A stretch of DNA of 64,000 nucleotides from an uncultured Gammaproteobacteria bacterium. Its GTDB lineage: Bacteria > Patescibacteriota > Patescibacteriia > Patescibacteriales > GWC2-42-12. Of this stretch, positions 17,364-28,600 are shown piece by piece. The notes below the pieces were generated by a model. It saw only the letters and a list, made by a program, of their open reading frames with translations. It was not told where the DNA came from and did no database searches. A program made the translations under genes and the position numbers. Each line of letters starts with the position of its first letter. The first letter of the stretch is position 1. The DNA is taken from positions 4,070 to 68,069 of the forward strand of contig CAYXNZ010000001.1 of assembly GCA_964467155.1 (NCBI GenBank). Reading direction: 5' to 3'.

Positions 17364-18644
17364 ATGACTAAAACTAAAGAAATTGAGCAAAAAGATTTTG
17401 AGAAGCTTCTTGATGAAGAAAATATAAAAATACCTCAAATTAGCGATATAGTTAAAGGTATTGTTTTATCGTCTTCTAAAGCTGAAGTAAGACTTGATAT
17501 TGATGGCATAAGAACTGGCGTAGTGAGAGGCAGAGAGCTTTATTTTGAAGCAGAAGAATATGCTGATTTAAAACCAGGCGATGAAGTTGAAGCAACAGTA
17601 ATTGAGGAAGAAAATGAAAATGGTGAATTAGAATTATCATTCAAGCATGCTGGACAGCAAAAAGCTTGGAGTAATTTAATTGACGCTTTTGAAAATAAAA
17701 AGATAATCAAGGTAAAAATAAATGATGCAAACAAAGGTGGTTTATTAGCATCTTATGCTCAGATTCAAGGCTTTTTACCAGTATCACAATTAGCACCAGA
17801 AAATTATCCGAGAGTTAATGGTGGTGACAAGGGAAAGATATTAGATAAATTAAAATCTTTTGTTGGCACTGAGTTTGAAGTAAAAATTATGAATTTGGAC
17901 GAGAAAGATGAAAAGTTAATTGTCAGTGAAAAGGATGCTTGGCAAGAGAAACAAAAAGATGTTATTTCTAAATATAAAGTTGGTACAGTTATTGAAGGTG
18001 AAATTACAGCATTGACTGATTTTGGTGTTTTTATCAGTTTTGGTGAAAATTTAGAAGGCTTAATTCATATTAGTGAGTTGGCTTGGCAGAGAATTGATAA
18101 TCCGTCTAATTTGTTTAATGTCGGCGATAATGTTAAAGCTGAAATAATTTCTATTGAAGGTTCAAAAATATTCTTGTCAATTAAGAAATTATTAACTGAT
18201 CCATGGGCTAATGTTGGAAAGAAGTATAAAATTGGACAAGCAGTACAAGGTAAGATTTTAAAGGTTAATCCTTTTGGTTTGTTTGTTGAATTAGATGATG
18301 ATATACATGGTTTAGCACATATTAGTCAACTTAATTTGGCACCAGGACAAAAAATCCATGAACTTTTCAAGGCAAATGAGGAAAAAGAATTTACAGTAGT
18401 TTCAATTGAACCGAAAGAGCATCGATTAGGTTTATCTTTTGGGGATAAGGCAGAAGATAAGAAAGCCCCGAAAGAAACTAAAGAAGCTAAAGAAAAGACA
18501 GAAGATAAAAAGAAAGATTCAAAAGAAATTGAAAAACCAAAAAAAGCTGTTAAAAAAACAGAGAAAAAAGAAGAAATAAAGAAAGAAGAGAAGACCGAGA
18601 AGGATGAGCAAAAAAAAGATAGTAAAACAAAAGAAGAAAAATAA
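17364..18644 (+). CDS. rpsA: 30S ribosomal protein S1 (four S1 domains) with a K/E-rich C-terminal tail
   Basis: Repeated S1 OB-fold signatures are present (G.V..V..fGvFv....eGLiHiSEl). The tail runs from about 18440. Confidence 0.85.
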   Translation: MTKTKEIEQKDFEKLLDEENIKIPQISDIVKGIVLSSSKAEVRLDIDGIRTGVVRGRELYFEAEEYADLKPGDEVEATVIEEENENGELELSFKHAGQQKAWSNLIDAFENKKIIKVKINDANKGGLLASYAQIQGFLPVSQLAPENYPRVNGGDKGKILDKLKSFVGTEFEVKIMNLDEKDEKLIVSEKDAWQEKQKDVISKYKVGTVIEGEITALTDFGVFISFGENLEGLIHISELAWQRIDNPSNLFNVGDNVKAEIISIEGSKIFLSIKKLLTDPWANVGKKYKIGQAVQGKILKVNPFGLFVELDDDIHGLAHISQLNLAPGQKIHELFKANEEKEFTVVSIEPKEHRLGLSFGDKAEDKKAPKETKEAKEKTEDKKKDSKEIEKPKKAVKKTEKKEEIKKEEKTEKDEQKKDSKTKEEK

Positions 18645-18667
18645 AGAAATAATATTAGTTATAGAAA

Positions 18668-18692
18668 AGACCCGTTTAAGGCGGGTCTTTTT
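18668..18692 (+). terminator. rho-independent terminator
   Basis: agacccg (18668-18674) pairs with cgggtct (18682-18688), followed by a T-run. Confidence 0.7.
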
Positions 18693-18749
18693 GGTTGATA
18701 TACGGAATGAGTGTGGATTTATAGCGAAATTTGTAGAGACAACACTATT

Positions 18750-18927
18750 TGTCATCTCGAGAAGACTAATTTGTTAGTCGACGAGAGATCTCTAGAATTG
18801 AGTTAAAAGTTAATTGTTATAAAATGGTTTTAAATATTTGTGATTTCTTTTAGTATTTCTTTATTGATAATTTAATTATATTTCCCGAAATCTTTCCTCT
18901 CTCTATCTGACTATCGTCAAGATGACA
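18750..18927. repeat. family-1 long-form element (178 nt)
   Basis: tgtcatctcgagaagact...gacgagagatctct ... atctttcctc...tcgtcaagatgaca. It is a homologue of 15572-15734 with a different AT-rich core. Confidence 0.75.
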
Positions 18928-19083
18928 AAGATAATTAGTTCGGCCCCTAAACCCCATGGATATTTTTATACAATATTACAATTAAAAAAGAAATAAAATA
19001 ATATATAAGAGAACAGAGGTTGTTATTTGATAAAAATAAGTATTTAATATATAATTTTATAGTAATTATTAGCCTATAAATAA

Positions 19084-20910
19084 ATGAAAAATCTAGTGAA
19101 AAATTTTTTGATTTTCTTTTTCGTATTTTTAGTGGTGGCGGCTTTATTTAGTTCGTTTACCCCATTCAATAATAACGTTGAAAAAGCTGGTCTGGAAACT
19201 TTAATTTTTCAGATAAACAATGATGAAGTGGAAAAAATAGAAGTTAGTGGTAGTGAAATGTCTGTGTTTTTAAAAGATGGTCGAGAAGAAATTGTTAAAA
19301 AAGAGGTTGGTGAAACTTTTTCTGGTTTGGTAAAGAATTTTAATGTAAATACTGAAAAAGTAGCAGCTGTTAAATTAGAAATTAAAGAAGGTGAAGGTCT
19401 TGATTATTGGCTAGCTACTTTGTTGCCTTTCCTTTTACCATTTTTGCTTATCGGTGTTTTTCTTTATTTTATGATGCGATCTGTCCAAGGAGCGAATTCT
19501 AAAGCAATGATGTTTGGACAATCTCAGGCCAAAGAATTTACTAAAGATAAAAAAGATAAGATAACTTTCAAAGATGTAGCCGGTGTTAAAGAAGCCAAAG
19601 AGGAATTAAAAGAGGTGGTTGAATTTTTAAGATTACCAAAGAAATTCGCTGAACTAGGTGCACGTATTCCACGAGGTGTGTTATTACTTGGTAGTCCTGG
19701 AACAGGTAAAACATTGTTAGCTCGGGCAGTTGCTGGAGAAGCAGACGTGCCTTTCTATAGTATTTCTGGTTCAGAGTTTGTTGAAATGTTCGTTGGTGTC
19801 GGTGCTTCTAGGGTAAGAGATTTATTTAAACGAGCCAAAAAAAATTCACCTTGTATTATTTTTATAGATGAAATTGATGCAGTCGGTCGTCGAAGGGGAT
19901 CTGGTTTGGGTGGTTCACATGATGAACGAGAACAAACATTAAATCAAATATTAGTCGAGATGGATGGTTTTGATCAAACGACTAATGTGATTGTAATGGC
20001 CGCGACTAATCGTCCTGATGTTTTGGACCCAGCTTTACTTCGTCCTGGTCGATTTGATCGTCGAGTTATGATTGATGAGCCTGATATTGCTGACCGAGAA
20101 GCAATTTTAAAAGTTCATGCCAAGAAAAAACCTTTAGGTAAAGAAGTAAGCTTACGTCAAATTGCTGAACGAACTCCTGGTTTTAACGGAGCTGATCTAG
20201 CCAATCTATTGAATGAGGCAGCTATTTTAGCAGCCAGAAGAAATAAAAAAATTATTGAAATGGATGAATTACGTGAGTCAATTGAAAAAGTTATGCTTGG
20301 TCCAGAAAGAAGATCTCGTGTTTTATCAGAGAAAGAGAAGAATATCACGGCTTATCATGAAGCTGGACATGCGATTGTGGCTCATTTTTTACCGAATACT
20401 GATCCAGTACATAAAATATCTATTATCGCTCGAGGACAAGCTGGTGGATACACTATTAAATTACCAATTGCCGATAAGCATATGCATACCAAGCAGGAAT
20501 TTCTCGAAGAATTGGCGGTATTATTAGCCGGTTATTTGGCGGAAAAGGAAATTTTTGGTGAGGTAACAACTGGTGCTACATCAGATTTACGCCGGGCAAC
20601 TTCGCTGGCTAGAAAATTGATTACTGACTATGGCATGAGTGAAACTCTAGGTTTACGAACTTTTGGAGAAAAAGAAGATATGATATTTTTGGGCAGAGAA
20701 ATTCATGAGCAAAGAGATTATAGTGAAAAAATCGCTGAAGAAATTGATAAAGAAATAGCCAATTATCTTGATCGGGCAGCACACCAAGCGCAAGGAGTTA
20801 TTCGGCAGAAGCGTGAAGAAATGGAAAAAGTTGTTAAAACTTTGCTTAAAAAAGAAACTTTAGAAAAAGATGCGTTTGAAAAAATAGTTGGTCCTAAAAA
20901 AGAACTATAA
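19084..20910 (+). CDS. ftsH: ATP-dependent zinc metalloprotease FtsH
   Basis: It has two TM helices, Walker A GSPGTGKT, Walker B IIFIDEID, the SRH region, and the HEAGH zinc motif. Confidence 0.95.
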   Translation: MKNLVKNFLIFFFVFLVVAALFSSFTPFNNNVEKAGLETLIFQINNDEVEKIEVSGSEMSVFLKDGREEIVKKEVGETFSGLVKNFNVNTEKVAAVKLEIKEGEGLDYWLATLLPFLLPFLLIGVFLYFMMRSVQGANSKAMMFGQSQAKEFTKDKKDKITFKDVAGVKEAKEELKEVVEFLRLPKKFAELGARIPRGVLLLGSPGTGKTLLARAVAGEADVPFYSISGSEFVEMFVGVGASRVRDLFKRAKKNSPCIIFIDEIDAVGRRRGSGLGGSHDEREQTLNQILVEMDGFDQTTNVIVMAATNRPDVLDPALLRPGRFDRRVMIDEPDIADREAILKVHAKKKPLGKEVSLRQIAERTPGFNGADLANLLNEAAILAARRNKKIIEMDELRESIEKVMLGPERRSRVLSEKEKNITAYHEAGHAIVAHFLPNTDPVHKISIIARGQAGGYTIKLPIADKHMHTKQEFLEELAVLLAGYLAEKEIFGEVTTGATSDLRRATSLARKLITDYGMSETLGLRTFGEKEDMIFLGREIHEQRDYSEKIAEEIDKEIANYLDRAAHQAQGVIRQKREEMEKVVKTLLKKETLEKDAFEKIVGPKKEL

Positions 20911-20925
20911 AAATATATTAATTTG

Positions 20926-20934
20926 TGGTATAAT
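20926..20934 (+). promoter_or_regulatory. extended -10 element TGgTATAAT
   Basis: tggtataat lies at 20926-20934, 54 nt upstream of ATG 20988. Confidence 0.35.
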
Positions 20935-20987
20935 TTAAGCATAATAAAATAAACCGCGTTTAATATCGCGAGCAGGGGGAAAAATAT

Positions 20988-21968
20988 ATGTTTTTATATC
21001 GTAATATTTTAAAACAAGCTTGGATGATTTCCTGGCGCAATAAATATTTATGGTTTTTTGGTATTTTTGCTGCTTTGCTAGGTAACGGCGCTGGTTTGGA
21101 AATTGTAACTAGAGGTTTTAGTGACGGAACAGGTGGTAATTTTTGGATTGGTTGGGAGAGATTTTCATCAACTGGAATTTTTAGCTGGCAAGCACTACAC
21201 AACATAAGAATGTTAATGGTTGAGGACTCTTTTGCTATGATATTAGTCCTCTTGGTATTGTTAACAGTGTTGATTCTTCTAGGTTTTTTATTATGGTTAT
21301 CAATTGCTTCTCAAATAGCCTTGGTTAATAATTCAGCTGCCTTTATCAATAAAAAAAGTGCTAGTTTTCAAGATGGAGTGTCAGCTGGAGCAAAATATTT
21401 TTGGCCAGTTTTGGGTGTAAATATTTTAGTTAAAGTTTCTATATTTTTAATTTTTATTTTAATAAGTTTGCCTGTGATTTTTACTGCTGGAAAAGTGAAT
21501 TTACTAACAGCTAACTTTATTTATGTTATAGCTTTTATTCTTTTTATTCCTTTGGCAATTGGTTTATCTTTTATGGCTAAATATGCGATTGCATATTTAA
21601 TAATTAAAAAAGATGATTTTTGGGAATCACTGAAAAATGGTTGGAAATTGTTTCTTGATAATTGGTTAGTTAGTTTTGAAATGGCTTTCTTACTATTTTT
21701 TATAAGCTTAGTTATTAGTTTAGTTGTTGTATTGACCATTCTTACATTGACGATACCGTTTTTATTTCTAGGTTTTATTTTTTATTATTTATTTGCTTTG
21801 GTTGGTTTTTGGATAATGATTTTAATCGCTGGAATAAGTTTCTTAGCAATTATAATTTTAGCTGGATCAATTTTAGCTGTTTTTCAAATTGCTTCATGGA
21901 CAGATTTATTTCTTCAATTTGAGAAAGGTGGAGCAATTAGTAAAATAATAAGATTAGTTGAAAGATAA
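20988..21968 (+). CDS. hypothetical polytopic membrane protein
   Basis: It has at least six predicted TM helices and an SD-like AGGGGGA upstream. No family was recognised. Confidence 0.5.
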   Translation: MFLYRNILKQAWMISWRNKYLWFFGIFAALLGNGAGLEIVTRGFSDGTGGNFWIGWERFSSTGIFSWQALHNIRMLMVEDSFAMILVLLVLLTVLILLGFLLWLSIASQIALVNNSAAFINKKSASFQDGVSAGAKYFWPVLGVNILVKVSIFLIFILISLPVIFTAGKVNLLTANFIYVIAFILFIPLAIGLSFMAKYAIAYLIIKKDDFWESLKNGWKLFLDNWLVSFEMAFLLFFISLVISLVVVLTILTLTIPFLFLGFIFYYLFALVGFWIMILIAGISFLAIIILAGSILAVFQIASWTDLFLQFEKGGAISKIIRLVER

Positions 21969-22002
21969 TAAAAAAATATTAAAATTTGATTAGTATAATA
22001 AA

Positions 22003-22031
22003 AGAGAGTCTGAATATTCAGACTCTTTTTG
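22003..22031 (+). terminator. rho-independent terminator
   Basis: agagtctgaat/attcagactct is a perfect palindrome followed by T5. Confidence 0.75.
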
Positions 22032-22078
22032 GTTTGCCAAATTGATTGAAAAATAGTAAAGTAGAATAGTAATTATTT

Positions 22079-22657
22079 ATGAATATGATTTCATTTTTAC
22101 GTGGAAAAATTATAAATAAAGGTGATGGTTACATCATTTTGGAAGTTGCCAATGTGGGTTACCAGGTTTTTATTACACCAATAATGTTTGCCGAAATTGA
22201 TATTGGACAGGAAGTCGAAATGTACACCCATCAATACGTCAGAGAGGATACTTTGGATTTATTTGGTTTCGGTTCAATGGATGAATTAGAATTATTTAAA
22301 CTGTTAATTTCAATCTCTGGTATTGGTCCACGATCAGCCATTGGAGTATTGTCAATCGCAAAAACAGAAGATATTAAACAATCAATTGCTTCTGGCGACG
22401 CATCACTTTTAACTAAAGTATCTGGCATTGGTCGGAAGACTGCTGAACGAGTCGTTTTGGAATTGAAAGAAAAAATTGGTGCAATAAATTTAGGTTCTGG
22501 CAAGAAAGGATTTAGTACAATAGCAAACAGTGATGAAATAGATGCATTGATTGCTCTAGGTTATTCTGCCAGTCAGGCACGACAAGCTTTGAGTGAAATT
22601 GATCCAAAGATAAAAGACAGTGGAGATAAAATAAGAGCTGCTTTAAAAAAATTGTAA
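22079..22657 (+). CDS. ruvA: Holliday junction branch migration complex subunit RuvA
   Basis: It shows an OB-fold N-terminus (ISFLRGKI...GYQVF), two HhH motifs (ISGIGPRSA, VSGIGRKTAERV), and domain III. The start could be 22085. Confidence 0.9.
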   Translation: MNMISFLRGKIINKGDGYIILEVANVGYQVFITPIMFAEIDIGQEVEMYTHQYVREDTLDLFGFGSMDELELFKLLISISGIGPRSAIGVLSIAKTEDIKQSIASGDASLLTKVSGIGRKTAERVVLELKEKIGAINLGSGKKGFSTIANSDEIDALIALGYSASQARQALSEIDPKIKDSGDKIRAALKKL

Positions 22658-22720
22658 ATTACTCGTCTTGTCCGCCCAGACTCGACGAGGCGGAAAAATT
22701 TTTATAAATAGTAAATAGCA

Positions 22721-23698
22721 ATGGATATAGTAAATATAGAAAATAAAGACGAATTAAATAATTTTATTGCCAGTCAATCTGATGGTCAATTTTTGCAATC
22801 ATGGCAATGGGGTAAATTTCAGGAAAAAGTTGCTGGTAAAATATTTCGCTTAGCTGTTTTTGATGGTGATGAAATTCTAGCAATCGCTACTTTAATAAAA
22901 AAAACTTTGCCAATGGGTAAAAGTTATTTTTTTTGTCCACGAGGACCAATCATAAAACATACGGACAATGACGTAGAGACAATAAAATTTTTATTTGTAG
23001 AAATAAATAAAATAGCTAAAAGTGAAGGGGCAATTTTTATGCGTTTCGAACCGCTTCAAGAATTACCATCACTTGATAGTTCATTATTTATAAAAAGAAC
23101 CATAGATGTTGAACCAAAAAAAAGTTTAATTTTAGATTTAACTCAGACTGAGGACGAATTATTAAAACAAATGCATCCAAAGACTAGATATAATATTCGT
23201 TTAGCTACAAAGAAGGGAGTAAAAATTATCAAAGGTGATGTTAAAGATTTTGATGATTTATGGCAACTTTTATGTGAAACGAACAATAGAGATAATTTTC
23301 GTTTGCATGGAAAAAAATACTACCAGGAGATGTTGCAGCTGGATGATAATTTTTTGAAATTAGTTTTTGCTGAATATCGTGGCAAGAAAATTGCCGCTAA
23401 TATTATTACTAACTTTGGCGATACTGCTACTTATGTCCATGGCGCTTCAGCCAATGAAAGTCGAAATTTAATGGCACCTCATCTATTACAATGGCATAAT
23501 ATTACAACTGCTAAAGAACTAGGTTTTAAAAAATATGATTTTTTTGGCATTGATGAAAAAAAATGGCCAGGTGTGACTAGATTTAAAAAAGGTTTTTCTG
23601 GGCAGGAAATAGAATATCCTGGTACATTTGATTTAGTTATCGATACTAATTGGCATAATATTTACAAAATGATTAGAAAAGTGAGAAGAACGTTCTAA
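22721..23698 (+). CDS. FemAB-family peptidoglycan bridge-forming aminoacyltransferase
   Basis: FLQSWQWGKFQ, TRYNIRLA and a GASANESRNLMAPHLLQW pattern are typical of FemX/MurM-like transferases. Confidence 0.7.
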   Translation: MDIVNIENKDELNNFIASQSDGQFLQSWQWGKFQEKVAGKIFRLAVFDGDEILAIATLIKKTLPMGKSYFFCPRGPIIKHTDNDVETIKFLFVEINKIAKSEGAIFMRFEPLQELPSLDSSLFIKRTIDVEPKKSLILDLTQTEDELLKQMHPKTRYNIRLATKKGVKIIKGDVKDFDDLWQLLCETNNRDNFRLHGKKYYQEMLQLDDNFLKLVFAEYRGKKIAANIITNFGDTATYVHGASANESRNLMAPHLLQWHNITTAKELGFKKYDFFGIDEKKWPGVTRFKKGFSGQEIEYPGTFDLVIDTNWHNIYKMIRKVRRTF

Positions 23699-23728
23699 TA
23701 GCAATGTTTGAAATTTTAAATTAAAAAC

Positions 23729-25126
23729 ATGATAGATAGATTATTACATTTAATAAAAAAAATAATTCCTAAAAAAATATTTAAAAAGTTGCAACCAAGT
23801 TATCATTTTTTATTAGCTTGGTTAGCAGCTATTTTTTTTGGTCGACCCAGTGAAGACATGATTGTTATTGGTATTACAGGAACTACTGGAAAAACAACTA
23901 GTGCTTATATTATTGCTAAAATGTTAGAAGCTAGTGGTTGTAAAGTCGGTTATACTTCTACGGCCATGTTTAATGATGGGGAAAAAGAATGGGTTAATGA
24001 TAAAAAGATGACAATGCCTGGTAGGTTTTTTGCTCAAAAAATATTACGTAGCATGTTACGTAATGGTTGTCGATATGCAATCGTTGAGACTACTTCAGAG
24101 GGGATTGAACAATGGCGTCATCGATTTATCAATTATGACATCTTGATTTTTACGGGCCTTTATCCAGAGCATATTGATTCTCATGGTAGCTTTGATAATT
24201 ATCGAGCAGCTAAAATTAAATTATTTAAACATTTGAAAAATTGTCAAAGTAAATGTTTTAATCAAGATAATAAAATAGTTAAAGTTGAGGATAGTTTTAA
24301 AAAACTTGGGTTGAATCGAATTAAAAAAACGATTATTGCGAATTTAGATGATAATGAAGCAAATACCTTTTTGGATTGTTGGGCAGAGAAGAAATATGGT
24401 TATTATCAGCAAGCAGATAGTTTAAATAAAAATTTAAAAAATATAGAAACAATTAAATACGAACAAGTAACTGCAAATGAAAAAGGAATCAGTTTTCTTG
24501 TTAATAATAAAAAAATAAGTTTAGATTTATTAGGACAGTTTAATGCGACTAATGCTATGACGGCTGTTTGTTTGGGTTTGTCTCAAGACTTATCTTTAGA
24601 CAAAATTTTTAAAGGTTTGTCTAGCATACATGGTGTACCTGGACGATTGGAAAAAATTGATGAGGGACAAAAATTTACGGTGATTGTAGATTATGCTTTT
24701 GAGCCAAGAGCATTAGAGAAAATGTATGAAACTCTGAATAGTATTAAATATAAAAAAATAATTCATGTCTTGGGTTCGGCTGGCGGTGGTCGCGATATTT
24801 CTCGTCGACCAAAGCTAGGCAAGATTGCTGGTGAACAAGCCGATATAGTTATTGTGACAAACGAAGATCCATATGATGATAATCCACAAATAATTATTGA
24901 TCAAGTGGCCGTGGGTGCAGAAAAATCTGGAAAAATTTTAGAAAAAGATTTATTTAAAATATTAGATCGACGAGAAGCTATTGCTAAAGCTTTATTTTTA
25001 GCTGATGACATGTCTCTGGTGATTATTACCGGTAAGGGTAATGAACAGGCGATATGTCTAGTTAATGGCAAAAAAATGCCTTGGGACGATCGAACTGTCG
25101 TTAGAGAAGAAATAAAGAAAAAGTAA
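23729..25126 (+). CDS. murE: Mur ligase family protein, MurE-like
   Basis: It has the ATP-binding GITGTTGKTT, the Mur ligase middle domain, and a C-terminal domain (VLGSAGGGRD, NEDPYDD). Confidence 0.7.
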   Translation: MIDRLLHLIKKIIPKKIFKKLQPSYHFLLAWLAAIFFGRPSEDMIVIGITGTTGKTTSAYIIAKMLEASGCKVGYTSTAMFNDGEKEWVNDKKMTMPGRFFAQKILRSMLRNGCRYAIVETTSEGIEQWRHRFINYDILIFTGLYPEHIDSHGSFDNYRAAKIKLFKHLKNCQSKCFNQDNKIVKVEDSFKKLGLNRIKKTIIANLDDNEANTFLDCWAEKKYGYYQQADSLNKNLKNIETIKYEQVTANEKGISFLVNNKKISLDLLGQFNATNAMTAVCLGLSQDLSLDKIFKGLSSIHGVPGRLEKIDEGQKFTVIVDYAFEPRALEKMYETLNSIKYKKIIHVLGSAGGGRDISRRPKLGKIAGEQADIVIVTNEDPYDDNPQIIIDQVAVGAEKSGKILEKDLFKILDRREAIAKALFLADDMSLVIITGKGNEQAICLVNGKKMPWDDRTVVREEIKKK

Positions 25127-25278
25127 AATTAATTTATTGAAATATAAATTAATATTTTATACATTGTGGATAAATAGATTTGTCTAATTTTTTTTAAGAT
25201 AAAAATAGTTTTTATTTGGCTAACTTTAGTCTAAAAATTATTTATTGGTAAAATACTTAAAATAAAGAGTAAAAAACC

Positions 25279-25308
25279 TTGACAAGTTATAGTAATTATT
25301 GTTAATAT
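25279..25308 (+). promoter_or_regulatory. candidate strong promoter TTGACA-18-TGtTAATAT about 340 nt upstream of rpoB
   Basis: ttgaca lies at 25279-25284, tg at 25300-25301 and taatat at 25303-25308. Confidence 0.4.
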
Positions 25309-25647
25309 TGAAAAAGACTTCGAGAAGAAAATGGTAAAAATCATTAAAGTTAATATACAAACTAAGTAGTTCATAAGAACGGCCCCGTCTATGGTCGGGT
25401 AAAAATTTGCATAAATACAATTTAAGTGCATAAAAAGCCGTTTTTTGTTTTTTTAAATGATTTTTATAGAATTTTTTTAAAACAAAAACAAAAATTATCT
25501 CCCCATGCACGCTTATTCATCAAGCTTCAAATAAGTGGCAAAAATCTCAATTAATTAAAAAAGATTTCAGTAACTCAATTTAATAAAAATGAATTGGGAT
25601 TTTTTGTATTAGATAAATTTAACTCATTTTAATATACGATAAATTTT

Positions 25648-28600
25648 ATGCTAAATACTTCCGCCGATCGTAAATTTTTTATAGATTCAAGTAAGTCTAT
25701 ACCGTTACCGGATTTAATTGAAATACAAAAGGATTCTTATAAATGGTTTTTAGAAGAAGGCTTGTCTGATTTATTTGAAGAGGTAAATCCTATTACCGAT
25801 TTTATTGGCCGAGACTTAGAGCTCAGTTTCGTTGATTATTCTTTTGACGAACCTAAATTTAGTGAAGCGGAAAGCAAAGCTAAAAATATTACTTTTGAAG
25901 CTTCATTACGTGTTAATGCTAAGCTATCAAATAAGAAAACTACTTTCAGTACTACTCAGGAAGTTTTTCTGGGAGATTTTCCATTAATGACTGAAAACGG
26001 TACTTTTATCGTTAACGGTATTGAAAGAGTGGTTGTCTCTCAGTTAATCAGAAGTGCTGGAGTTATTTTTACTTCAGAATTTATAAAAGGTAAAAAGTAT
26101 TACGGTGCCAAGATTATTCCTAATCGAGGTGCTTGGCTTGAGATTGAAACAGATATGAATAATGTTATCTGGGTCAGGATTGATCGAAAAAGAAAAGTAG
26201 CGATTACTTCATTATTGCGTGTTTTTGGTTATTCTAGTGATGAAGAAATAAAAGCATTATTTTCTGGTGGCGATGAAGCGATTAATAACGAAAATGGAGA
26301 TATTCAAACTTCCAAAGAGATTGATTATATTGAAGCAACTATTGCTAAAGATGTAGCAAAGAATGAAGCTGAGGGATTGAAGGAAGTTTACAAAAGAATT
26401 CGTCCCGGTGATTTAGCTACTACTGATAATGCCCGACAATTGATTCATGCAATGTTTTTCAGATTTGATCGTTATGACTTTGATCGAGTTGGTCGCTATA
26501 AACTTAATAAAAGATTTGGTTTTGATATACCTAATACAAAAGAAAATAGAGTTTTACGTCGAGAAGATTTAATTACCATTATTAAAGAAGTAATTAAAAA
26601 GAACATAACACAAGAAGTAGATGATGATATCGATCACTTAGGCAATCGTCGTGTTAGAGCTATTGGTGAATTAATTCAGAATAAATTTAGAGTTGGTTTA
26701 GCACGTATGGAAAGAATTATCAGAGACAGGATGAGTATTATGGAAGTTGATACTTTAACACCAAACAAACTTGTGAATGCCCGACCAGTTATTAGTGTTG
26801 TTAAAGAATTTTTTATGTCTTCACAATTATCTCAGTTTATGGATCAAACTAATCCATTGGCTGAACTTGAACATAAACGAAGATTATCAGCTATGGGACC
26901 TGGTGGTTTAACTAGAGAACGAGCTGGTTTTGAAGTTCGTGACGTACATTCAACTCACTATAGTCGTATCTGTCCAATTGCTACACCTGAAGGTCCGAAT
27001 ATTGGTTTAGTCGGTCACTTGGCTAGTTATGCCCGATTAAATAGCTATGGTTTTATCGAAGCACCTTATCGTCGAGTTTTACATGATATTGAAAATAAGC
27101 CTGAAATTGCTGAGGGTAAAATTTTGCGAGAGGATATTTATGAAATAAAAACTGACGGAGAACAAGGTAAAAAAATTGCTTTAGCTGGAACAATGATTGA
27201 TAAGAAATTAGCTAAAGAAATAAAAGAAAGGAGAGGAAACTCAACTATTCCAATTAAACCTGTTGTGACTGACGAAATATTATATTTAGATGCTTTTGAA
27301 GAAGAAAAATATATATCAACCGCTTCCACTACGCCAACCGATGATAATGGTTATTTTTTGGTAGATAAAACTGAAGTCAGAAAATACGGGGAGCCTTCCA
27401 TGGAAGAAGTATCCGACATTGATTTAATTGGTGTGTCAGCTAATCAAATTGTTTCTGTTGCTACATCTTTGATTCCTTTTTTAGAACATGATGATGGTAT
27501 TAGAGCTTTGATGGGAACAAACATGCAACGTCAAGCTGTACCATTGATTACTGCTGAATCACCAGTTGTTGGTACTGGTATTGAAGCTCGAGCCGCTCAA
27601 GACTCAGGCCATGTGATTATAGCCAAAGAGGACGGAGAAGTTTCTAAAATGGATGGTTTAAATATTAGTATAAAAAACAAAGAGGGTAAAGTAAAAGAAT
27701 ATACTTTGAGTAAATATCTACGATCCAACGCTTCAACTTGCATTAATCAAAGACCAATTGTTAACAAGGGAGACAAAATAAAGAAAGGTCAGGTTTTAAC
27801 GGATAGTTCAGCAGTTGACAAAGGAGAGTTAGCTTTGGGACGTAATGTACTCGTCGCCTTTATGTCTTGGGAAGGTTATAACTATGAAGATGCGATTATT
27901 ATTTCAGAACGTTTAGTTAAAGAAGATATTTATTCATCTATACATATTGAAAATTATACACTTGATGTTCGAGATACAAAATTAGGCTCAGAAGTTATCA
28001 CTAACGATATACCAAATATTAGTGAAGAAAAATTAAAAGACTTAGATGAAAGAGGTATTGTCAGAATCGGTGCTCAAGTGTCAAGTGGTGACATACTTGT
28101 TGGTAAAATAACACCAAAAGGTGAGACAGAATTATCAGCTGAAGAAAAATTATTAAGAGCAATTTTTGGTGATAAGGCTAAAGACGTTAGAGACTCTTCT
28201 TTGTATCTGGAGCATGGTGAGCATGGCAAGGTTGTTGATATAAAGATTTTTTCTCGAGAAGATGGAGATAAATTATCAGCCGGAGTGATTCAATCAATTC
28301 AAATAACGGTAGCTAATCTGAGAAAAATTCAAGTTGGCGATAAAATGGCTGGTCGTCATGGTAATAAAGGTGTTACTTCAAGAATTGTACCAGCAGAAGA
28401 TATGCCATACATGGAAGATGGTACTCCAATTGATATAATTTTGTCACCGTTAGGCGTTGTTTCAAGAATGAATTTGGGACAGCTTCTAGAAACTCATTTG
28501 GGTTGGGCGGCAAAAACTTTAGGCTATAAAGTAGCCACCCCACCATTAGATGGAATTACACAGGAGCAAATTGTTGGTGAATTGAAGAAAGCTGGTTTGC

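Noticed and set aside
25231-25510. Two overlapping minus-strand ORFs (66 and 90 aa) in the murE-rpoB spacer
   Set aside because: They are AT-rich low-complexity translations with no SD or promoter context and mutually exclusive frames. The region is treated as non-coding.
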